This document shows, piece after piece, positions 56,494-64,000 of a stretch of DNA of 64,000 nucleotides (its first letter is position 1; every line of letters begins with the position of its first letter). The DNA is from Patescibacteria group bacterium. Lineage in GTDB: Bacteria; Patescibacteriota; Patescibacteriia; JACRDY01. Where the stretch lies: the NCBI GenBank assembly GCA_041653535.1, contig JBAZFH010000002.1, forward strand, positions 257,235-321,234. Reading direction: 5' to 3'. A program made the position numbers and the translations under genes. The notes under the pieces were generated by a model. It did not search any database, was not told the DNA's origin, and saw nothing but the letters and a program-made list of their open reading frames with translations.

Positions 56494-57942
56494 ATGTCTC
56501 TGCCATTATTAAAACAAATAGTAAAAAGTAACTATCCAAACGTTGACATTAAGCCCTTGGAGCAGTCTTATTATTTGGCTGCTAAAAAATTAAAAGGACA
56601 AAAACGGGGGAATATGATTTATTTTGATCATCCGGTGGAAACCGCAATGACAGTAGCAAAAATGAAAATGGGTATAGATGTTGTAACAGCAGCGTTGTTG
56701 CATGATTTACCGCGACATTCTGATTATACTTTGGAAAATATCGAAAATGATTATGGAAAAAAGGTTGCTACTATCATTAAATCCGATCTTGACTTATGCG
56801 GAGTCGAGAGTCGTTTCCGGGGTACGGAGCGTTACGTCGAAAGTGCGAAAAGAATGTTTTTTGGCGTTACTCATGATTTTCAATCAATTTTAGTCAAATT
56901 TGCCGAACACTTAAACAATCTCGATCATCTCGATACTTTTCCCGAAAGTCAGCAAAAAAGAATGGTTGAGATTGCGGAAAAGATATATATTCCGTTGGCG
57001 AGCATGCTTGGTATTTGGCGATTACGTTGGCGGATGGAAGATATGTGCTTCAAATATCGCCAGCCGCTTATTTATCAAAAGATTCAGAAAAAAATCGAAA
57101 AAGGTCTTTACCGTAAGCGTCAGCAAATTGTCGACCAGGTGAGAAAAAAGGTTTTAGCTCAGGCAAAAAAATATCAAGTAAAGTGTCGGATTGATAGTCG
57201 TTTTAAACATGTCGCCAGTATTTATCGGAAAATGAAAGAAAAAAACAAACGTTTCAATGAAATTTACGATGTTTTTGCTGTTCGTGTAATTACCGACAAG
57301 CTCGAAAATTGTTATTTGTTAATGGGCGTGATTCATAATTTATGGAAACCAGTACCACGTCGGGTCAAGGATTATATAGCATCACCAAAGCCAAACGGTT
57401 ATCAGTCTTTACATACCACTGTTTTTAGCGAAGACGGCAATCCAATAGAGTTTCAAATTCGTACCAAAGAAATGCATGATGAGGCCCAGTATGGTCTTGC
57501 CGCCCATTGGTATTATAAACATTCTTATGGTGATACGAAAATTCCGCATTGGATCAAGGAGGTTTTAGCCAAAAGGAAAATAATTGATGATGACAATAAA
57601 AAAGTTTTTTTAGACGAACTAAGTATCGACAGTTTGACGGATCATATTTTTTGTTATACTCCCAGCGGCGACATAATCGAAATGCCCAGGGGGGCAACGC
57701 CGGTAGATTTTGCTTATGCCGTCCATACCGATTTAGGGCATCACGGTAAGTCGGCTGTTGTTAACGATATTGATCGACCTCTGGATGTTGTTTTAAAAAA
57801 TAATGACGTGGTTGAAATAATTAAAAAAATGCAAAAACACCCACTAAAAATTTGGCTTAAGTTTGTCAAAACCACGAAGGCCAAAGAGGCGATTAAAAGC
57901 TACCACGAAAAAAACAAAGATGAAGGAAAAGAAATAAAATAA
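56494..57942 (+). CDS. RelA/SpoT homologue with a degenerate hydrolase domain (HD-SYNTH-TGS)
   Basis: Synthetase motifs R.KH, YD..AVR, KDYI..PKPNGYQSLHT, EFQIRT; hydrolase motifs altered to HDLPRHS and FAEHLNN. Confidence 0.88.
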   Translation: MSLPLLKQIVKSNYPNVDIKPLEQSYYLAAKKLKGQKRGNMIYFDHPVETAMTVAKMKMGIDVVTAALLHDLPRHSDYTLENIENDYGKKVATIIKSDLDLCGVESRFRGTERYVESAKRMFFGVTHDFQSILVKFAEHLNNLDHLDTFPESQQKRMVEIAEKIYIPLASMLGIWRLRWRMEDMCFKYRQPLIYQKIQKKIEKGLYRKRQQIVDQVRKKVLAQAKKYQVKCRIDSRFKHVASIYRKMKEKNKRFNEIYDVFAVRVITDKLENCYLLMGVIHNLWKPVPRRVKDYIASPKPNGYQSLHTTVFSEDGNPIEFQIRTKEMHDEAQYGLAAHWYYKHSYGDTKIPHWIKEVLAKRKIIDDDNKKVFLDELSIDSLTDHIFCYTPSGDIIEMPRGATPVDFAYAVHTDLGHHGKSAVVNDIDRPLDVVLKNNDVVEIIKKMQKHPLKIWLKFVKTTKAKEAIKSYHEKNKDEGKEIK

Positions 57943-57945
57943 AGT

Positions 57946-59412
57946 ATGGACTCTGATTTAAAAAAATTAATCGATGAAATAAAGCTGCATCAACCGGATG
58001 TTGATGTTGATGTTGTTGATTTAGCTTATGATTTTGCCAAAAAAGCTCACGAAGGGCAGTCTCGTTTTTCAGGCGAGCCCTATTTTTCGCATCCTTACAA
58101 TGCCGCTTTGATTTTGGCACAAATAAAAATGAGTCCGACGATGATCGCTGCCGCGTTATTGCATGACGTGCCGGAAGAAACAGAGATAACGATTAGTCAA
58201 ATAAAAAAAGAATTTGGCGAAGACATTGCTTTTTTAGTGGAAGGAGTAACGAAGGTGGGAAAGGTAAAATATCGTGGAGTCGAACGTTATATAGAGAATC
58301 TGCGCAAAATGTTTGTTGCGATGGCGGTTGATTTGCGCGTGATTATCATTCGTTTTGCTGACCGGCTGGATAATTTAAGCACTTTGCAAGTGCACTCCAG
58401 GGAAAAGCAAGTGCGCATTGCTCAAGAAAGTTTGGAGATATACGCGCCGATTGCCAATCGTCTGGGTATGTGGGAGATTCGTAGTCGCATTGAAGACGCC
58501 GCTTTTAAATATGCCATACCGGATGAGTACAAATGGACTGTGGATTTGGTCGCGAAAAAACAACAAGAACAGGAAAAATATTTAATTAAAGTAAAAAAAC
58601 ATTTGGAAGACGAGCTGCGTAAAGAAGGGGTTGATTTTGTTGCAGTGAATGGTCGGGTCAAACATTTGTATAGTTTGTATCTTAAACTTTTGCGACATGA
58701 TAGGGATATTAATAAAATTCGTGATTTGGTAGCGTTGAGAGTAATAGTCAAAAGCGTTGCCGATTGCTATCGGGTATTGGGTGTAGTCCATCATATTTGG
58801 CCTCCGATGCAAGGCAGGATTAAAGACTATATTGCACAGCCAAAGGCTAATGGCTATCAGTCTTTGCACACGACGGTTTTTACCGAAGGAAAAAAGGTGG
58901 TCGAATTTCAGATTCGAACCGAGGAAATGCACGAACGAGCGGAGCAGGGAGTGGCGGCGCACTGGTACTATGATGAAAAAGGCAAAGAGTCTTTTAAACC
59001 GACGGAAGAAATGAGCTGGATTCAAGAGCTTGCCAAATGGAAAAAAGAAATTGAAGAAAATCAAAAGAATTTGGAAAGGCTGAAAGTAGATGTGCTTAAA
59101 GATCGGATATTTGTTTTTACGCCAAAAGGAGACGTGATTGATTTGCCGGAAGAATCAACTCCGGTGGATTTTGCCTACGCCATTCATACTGATATTGGTA
59201 ATAAATGTAGCCGCGCTTATGTAAACGACTTGATTGTTAATCTTGATTATAAACTCAAAAACGGTGACATCGTTGAAGTATTGATTGATAAAAATCGTAA
59301 AGGACCAAATCCTGATTGGCTGAAATTTGTCAAAAGTTCTATGGCGCGTACTCATATCCGAGCGGCGACTAAAGCGGAAAGAGAAGGATTTTTAAGCAAG
59401 CTCATAAAGTAA
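57946..59412 (+). CDS. RelA/SpoT homologue, bifunctional-type (HD-SYNTH-TGS)
   Basis: R.SGEPY..HP, HDVPEET, ADRLDN, YAPIANRLG, GYQSLHT, TGS FTPKG...TPVDFAYAIHT. Confidence 0.92.
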   Translation: MDSDLKKLIDEIKLHQPDVDVDVVDLAYDFAKKAHEGQSRFSGEPYFSHPYNAALILAQIKMSPTMIAAALLHDVPEETEITISQIKKEFGEDIAFLVEGVTKVGKVKYRGVERYIENLRKMFVAMAVDLRVIIIRFADRLDNLSTLQVHSREKQVRIAQESLEIYAPIANRLGMWEIRSRIEDAAFKYAIPDEYKWTVDLVAKKQQEQEKYLIKVKKHLEDELRKEGVDFVAVNGRVKHLYSLYLKLLRHDRDINKIRDLVALRVIVKSVADCYRVLGVVHHIWPPMQGRIKDYIAQPKANGYQSLHTTVFTEGKKVVEFQIRTEEMHERAEQGVAAHWYYDEKGKESFKPTEEMSWIQELAKWKKEIEENQKNLERLKVDVLKDRIFVFTPKGDVIDLPEESTPVDFAYAIHTDIGNKCSRAYVNDLIVNLDYKLKNGDIVEVLIDKNRKGPNPDWLKFVKSSMARTHIRAATKAEREGFLSKLIK

Positions 59413-59468
59413 AAAATAAAAACCATTCGGGTAAAGCCGAACGGTTTTATGTTGCTGGGTAAAAAAGA

Positions 59469-59648
59469 TTACCCATTTTTTTTGTTTTGCTCCACGAGCT
59501 CTTTGGCGATACGATCGTGAATGAGGTGGAGTTTTTTGGCGGTTTCTTCGGTAACAGGTTTTGACCCGCCGTCGAAAAATCCGGTTTGGGTTTGTTCCCT
59601 CAGCCATTTTGAGTGCGGTGCGGTTGGGTCGGCTAGTTTTAATGACAT
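59469..59648 (-). CDS. small hypothetical protein (59 aa, MSLKLADPTAPHSKWLREQ...)
   Basis: Below the track cut-off; SD AGGAGG 4 nt before the ATG; ends near a hairpin. Confidence 0.5.
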   Translation of the reverse strand: MSLKLADPTAPHSKWLREQTQTGFFDGGSKPVTEETAKKLHLIHDRIAKELVEQNKKNG

Positions 59649-59746
59649 GCAGCCTCCTACGGTTGGTTGGAACGGTTGCCTATAAGTATTAAAACAGAGT
59701 GGTTGTTAACTGTTAATTTGGGTTTTTGTTCCTCGAAAAAACGTTT

Positions 59747-60310
59747 CTAGATTTTGGACCCGATAATCAAAACAGTGATTATACCCAAAGTGTTTAAAAT
59801 ATAGGACAATACATAAAAATTTTTATCGGAAATAGTCGATGAGGCTAGCAGAGTGACTCCGATTTCATCAGGTAGCGGCGAAGCAATAATGATCATGCCA
59901 ATGATCGGCAGAAGGTATTTTTGAGTGAAAATATTGATTTTTGATTTTAAGTAAGCAAATAATTTTTGCTCGGCAATTCTTTGTATTTCGTTAGTAAAAG
60001 AATGTCTGATAAATTTGAACAAAATTGTGTCTGAGACCAACGAGCCTATGCCGGCAATTAAACCGGATAGCACAATACTGTCTTGTTCTTTAGCCAAGAT
60101 AAGCAAAACCGCTGTAGCTGGTGCCGCAGTAAAGCCGTAAGCATAAAGCATGCCGGCGATAAAAATACCTAAATATCCCAGTGAAGACAGAAAATTATGC
60201 CAAGGCTCAAAATTTTTTTCTTTAAATAAAAAATAAGCCAGTATAATAGTTAGGAGTAAAATTAAAAGTTTGGGATATTTAAACCGAGAGAGAGCGTTTC
60301 TTATTTTCAT
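59747..60310 (-). CDS. hypothetical multi-pass membrane protein
   Basis: Hydrophobic; IIASPLPDEIG motif. Confidence 0.75.
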   Translation of the reverse strand: MKIRNALSRFKYPKLLILLLTIILAYFLFKEKNFEPWHNFLSSLGYLGIFIAGMLYAYGFTAAPATAVLLILAKEQDSIVLSGLIAGIGSLVSDTILFKFIRHSFTNEIQRIAEQKLFAYLKSKINIFTQKYLLPIIGMIIIASPLPDEIGVTLLASSTISDKNFYVLSYILNTLGIITVLIIGSKI

Positions 60311-60342
60311 TTTTGTGTTAATAGCTGGTTTCTATCTTCCAG

Positions 60343-61734
60343 TTATTTTTTATAAAATTTTTGATGAACGATAATCGGTGTACCGACAAAGCCGAATTTC
60401 TGGCGGATTTGGTTTTCTAAATATCGAATCCATGATTTGTGTATTTCCGCCTTTGGGTGAACTAGAAGCTCAAAACGAGGCGGGCGAATGCCAGTTTGTT
60501 TAAGCGAGTAAATCTGAGGGAAAATATTGCCTTTAACTGGATTGGGTAGATGTTTTTTTGCGGCACGAGTCAGTATTTTTTCCAGCTCTTTTTCATTTAC
60601 CCTTTTTTCTCTTTCTTGTTCTATTTTTACCGCCAGGTCTAGAGCATTTTTTATTCGTTGACCTTTTTTGGCGGAGATAAAGATGATCGGCGCCCAAGTC
60701 AGGGCCGGGAAGTGACCGTAAAAGTATTTGGTAAATTCGGTCGGACTAGAGGCGTTTTTTTCTTCGACCAGATCCCATTTGTTGCCGACAATAATCAGTC
60801 CGGATCGCGAGTTAATAATTTCGTGAGCCAGGCGCGTGTCTTGGACGCTAAGTCCGGCAGCAGTGTCAATAACCAGCAGTGCAATATCTGATTCTTTAAT
60901 GCTGGTAAAAGAATCATTGACGCCAGCTTTTTCCAACCCTTTATTGACATGAGATTTGCGGCGAATGCCGGCGGTATCGACTAAAGTAAAAACTTTTTCT
61001 TTATATTCAAACTCCGCATCTTGTGATTCGCGAGTGGTGTGGGCAATAGGAGTAACAATCACGCGCTCTTCGCCAAGTATGGCGTTTAAGAGCGATGATT
61101 TGCCGGCGTTGGGTTTGCCGATAATAGCAATATTAAGGTTAGACTTTACTTTCTCTGTCTCTATTTTTTTGGCTCGGGGAAATTTTAGTTTTTTTACTAT
61201 GATATCCAACATGTCGCCAGTACCAGATCCGTTGGTGGCAGATACTGGTATTGGATCTCCTAATCCTAGACGAGCAAAATCCCAGATTTCGTTGCGGGCC
61301 GATTTGTTGTCGACTTTATTAACTACCAGCAGGTATGGTTTACGGCTTTTGCGGAGGATATTGGTAATAGTTTTATCTTCGGTTTGCATGCCTGATTTAC
61401 CGTCCACCACCATAATCAGAAAATCGGCTTTGGCAATGGCGATTTCGGCTTGTTTGACTATGTTTGTTTCAATAATATTATCTGGGTGGATGCGGCTGGA
61501 CAGTCTCATCTTTTTGGGTACCTGGGTGGCTGGCATGTAGCCGAGATCGAGTCCGCCGGTGTCTACCAGGGTAAAGTCTTTACCTCGCCAAGTAACAATA
61601 CCAAAATTACGGTCACGAGTAGTGCCGGGGGCGGGTGAGACTAAGGCTTTGCGCTGCTCGATTAGGCGGTTAAATAGGGTAGATTTACCCACATTTGTTC
61701 GACCGACCAGAGCAACAACTGGCATTTTTTGCAT
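60343..61734 (-). CDS. der: ribosome biogenesis GTPase Der (EngA)
   Basis: Two G domains (GRTNVGKS, DTGG, NKVD; GKPNAGKS, DTAG, NKWD) and a KH-like C-terminus. Confidence 0.96.
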   Translation of the reverse strand: MQKMPVVALVGRTNVGKSTLFNRLIEQRKALVSPAPGTTRDRNFGIVTWRGKDFTLVDTGGLDLGYMPATQVPKKMRLSSRIHPDNIIETNIVKQAEIAIAKADFLIMVVDGKSGMQTEDKTITNILRKSRKPYLLVVNKVDNKSARNEIWDFARLGLGDPIPVSATNGSGTGDMLDIIVKKLKFPRAKKIETEKVKSNLNIAIIGKPNAGKSSLLNAILGEERVIVTPIAHTTRESQDAEFEYKEKVFTLVDTAGIRRKSHVNKGLEKAGVNDSFTSIKESDIALLVIDTAAGLSVQDTRLAHEIINSRSGLIIVGNKWDLVEEKNASSPTEFTKYFYGHFPALTWAPIIFISAKKGQRIKNALDLAVKIEQEREKRVNEKELEKILTRAAKKHLPNPVKGNIFPQIYSLKQTGIRPPRFELLVHPKAEIHKSWIRYLENQIRQKFGFVGTPIIVHQKFYKK

Positions 61735-61868
61735 AAATTAAATGAATTTCAAGCTAATTATAAAGTAAAACTAGGATAAAAGCAAGTTGGTATTGACATA
61801 TTTTCGATAATATTATATTGATTTAAATCAATTGCATATAGACAATAAATCCAATAAGGGAGGGTTTC

Positions 61869-62126
61869 TTGATGAAAAAGGCTATGGCAGTGTTGTTTTT
61901 GGTCGTCTTTGCATTGTTATTGGTGGGTGCGATCGCCTGTACCTCGATGCAAGATTTGGAAAGGAACAGCACGGAAAATGTCGTTCAAGAGACCGCGGGA
62001 AATCTGATCTATGCAAAAGACCACCGAGTGGGACTGTGTTTCGCTTTTTACCATGCGGGCTGGTACACCGGTCTTATGACCGAGGTTCCTTGCGAGAAGG
62101 TCGAACACCTTCTCGTCAACAAGTAA
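61869..62126 (+). CDS. small hypothetical lipoprotein
   Basis: Signal peptide with lipobox IAC; SD upstream; terminator downstream. Confidence 0.6.
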   Translation: MMKKAMAVLFLVVFALLLVGAIACTSMQDLERNSTENVVQETAGNLIYAKDHRVGLCFAFYHAGWYTGLMTEVPCEKVEHLLVNK

Positions 62127-62202
62127 TGTTCCAAGCAATCAGCGGGGTTTCGGGTTTTTGTCCGAGACCCTTTTTCTTTTATCTTAGAAAATGTTAAAAT
62201 AT

Positions 62203-62293
62203 AGCTATCAGCTATCAGCTATCAGCTATCAGCTATCAGCTATCAGCTACCAGCTATCAGCTACCAGCTACCAGCTACCAGCTACCAGCTACC
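62203..62293. repeat. 7-bp tandem repeat AGCTA(T/C)C x13
   Basis: 7 copies of AGCTATC and 6 of AGCTACC. Confidence 0.95.
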
Positions 62294-62305
62294 AATTTTA
62301 ACTAT

Positions 62306-62499
<194 letters not shown>

Positions 62500-62612
62500 T
62501 CTTATTACTTGTGTATTTTAATTCTGTATCCGGTATCCTGTATCCTGCATACTAAAAACAACGAGCCTTGATACCCGTTGTTTTTTATTTTTCTAAAATT
62601 GTTTGTTGTTGT

Positions 62613-64000
62613 TTACTCGGGAATATCCATTGATCCGGCGGTTTGTCCTAAAATCAGTATTATGTCACCTTTGGCAATATTTTTCACCCACGAAGGAATG
62701 GTCTGGGAAAGATTGGCTTGCATTTTTTGGGTGAGAAATTCAATAGTTTTGGGGTATTTGCCATCAGACAGGTCATAGATAACGTTTTTTTCATAATCAC
62801 GGAAAGGCGCGTTACCGATTTCAACCACGTTATAGCCTGACGATTCGATGTATTTTTCTACCTTACCGGCGAGACCAGAAATAAATGTGCCATTGCGTAT
62901 CTCAACTTTTGAGCCTTCAACGGTTTGTTTTGGTTCTTCTTTTATTGGTTCTTTTTTTACTTCCTCTGTTTTTTGAAGAGTGCTGCCGTCGTTGAAAATA
63001 TTGGCGACTATGCCGCGTATTTCATCGTAATTACCGCCAGGTGGTTGAAGTAAAAACGCTCCATCTTCACCAATGACCGTTTCTAGCTGTCCGCCGGGAC
63101 CTTCCACCAGACCTTTGTTAGTAACGTTATCTTTGTTTATGTTTTTTATTAACGAGGCAAGCCGCACCATTTCCCATATTTCCATATTAGTGGCGACATT
63201 GTCGCTGTATTGGCTATAAAGATTGCTGATTCGAAAAGGATTAACCAAGGTGGAGAAGGATAGCAGTTTTTCTTTGGCAGCTAACAAAACTTTTTGCTGG
63301 CGACGACTACGAGCAAAGTCAGAGCCTTCGCCGTTGTTGCCGTGACGGGAGCGGACGTATTGGAGAGCGGTTTTACTGTCCATCATCTGGCAGCCTTCTT
63401 GAAAAGAAACGGTTTGAGTTTTATAGTCTTCGGTAGGGTAAAGATTGTCGGTAAAAGCCTGATCAACGCATATTTTTACTCCATCCAGTTCGTCGATAAA
63501 TTTTTCAAAACCATTAAAATCAACTCGAACATAGTATTGTATGGGCAGGTTAAAAACTTTAGAAATAGTTTCGACGGTCAGTTCCGCTCCTTTTCCTGGA
63601 TTATTTATTTCACCATAAGCATTGGCATTGTTAATTTTTCGCCAGCCATATCCTGGTATGGGCATTACCAGATCGCGGGGGATAGATATTAATGCGACCT
63701 TTTTTTCTTTTGGTTTGAAACTGACCAGAATAATAGTATCGGTCAAATAGGGTCCGTCGTGTCCTTCTCCGCCAATACCCAGGAGTAAAAAATTTATTCT
63801 GTCATCTTCTTCTCCTTTTAGTTCTTTCTCACCGCTTAAAACCAAATGTTTTATTTGCGTCCAGACGCCGAGACTTTTTTGAGTGTTGTTTTCGTCGCTG
63901 CCAAACATTGATCTGGCGGCGGAAATAACCATCACGGCAATTAAAAAAATTACCACGTATTTAGTGATTTTTCTTTTTGGGCGAGCGCTAGTTTTTATTG
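62613..64000 (-). CDS. LytR-CpsA-Psr (LCP) family protein with a LytR_C domain; 5' end probably beyond the window
   Basis: LLLGIGG, TDTI, SIPRD, KINNA, YVRSRH, SDFARSRRQQ, NGT...GLA; frame is open to the window end. Confidence 0.92.
   Translation of the reverse strand, partial: IKTSARPKRKITKYVVIFLIAVMVISAARSMFGSDENNTQKSLGVWTQIKHLVLSGEKELKGEEDDRINFLLLGIGGEGHDGPYLTDTIILVSFKPKEKKVALISIPRDLVMPIPGYGWRKINNANAYGEINNPGKGAELTVETISKVFNLPIQYYVRVDFNGFEKFIDELDGVKICVDQAFTDNLYPTEDYKTQTVSFQEGCQMMDSKTALQYVRSRHGNNGEGSDFARSRRQQKVLLAAKEKLLSFSTLVNPFRISNLYSQYSDNVATNMEIWEMVRLASLIKNINKDNVTNKGLVEGPGGQLETVIGEDGAFLLQPPGGNYDEIRGIVANIFNDGSTLQKTEEVKKEPIKEEPKQTVEGSKVEIRNGTFISGLAGKVEKYIESSGYNVVEIGNAPFRDYEKNVIYDLSDGKYPKTIEFLTQKMQANLSQTIPSWVKNIAKGDIILILGQTAGSMDIPE

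Noticed and set aside
62203-62293. Tandem array as CRISPR
   Set aside because: 7-bp units with no spacers.

Overview
Chromosomal window that looks like a Patescibacteria/CPR (Parcubacteria-like) bacterium. This is inferred from AT-rich, mostly SD-less core genes, a TraD/VirD4-like ATPase, an AspRS lacking the GAD domain and short Rel proteins; genetic code 11. Core genes (corA, adk, map, ruvX, recO, asnS, aspS, scpAB, parAB, pth, dprA, topA, two rel, der, three tRNAs) surround an accessory region at about 7.9-33.4 kb. That region has three main parts. (1) A tRNA-Asn locus: a 16-codon leader with four consecutive Asn codons and mutually exclusive antiterminator/terminator stems, i.e. an apparent attenuator controlling a tRNA gene. 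The intact tRNA-Asn sits inside the anticodon of a second, degenerate tRNA-Asn copy. (2) A diversity-generating retroelement: VR 9891-10009 vs TR 10388-10506, with 23 mismatches, all at TR adenines. Its avd is antisense with a start codon abutting the RT start, and the RT is frameshifted at a G9 tract. (3) A large NAD+/ADP-ribose salvage island (NH-fold hydrolase, Nudix, divergent prs, nrtR, pnuC, nadR, SLOG-like, pncA, ADP-ribosylglycohydrolase, nadD-nadK fusion, pncB, nadE). Three consecutive intergenic spacers in this island carry the same three-hairpin element with structure-compatible substitutions. All calls are by eye from sequence motifs; no searches or folding programs were run.
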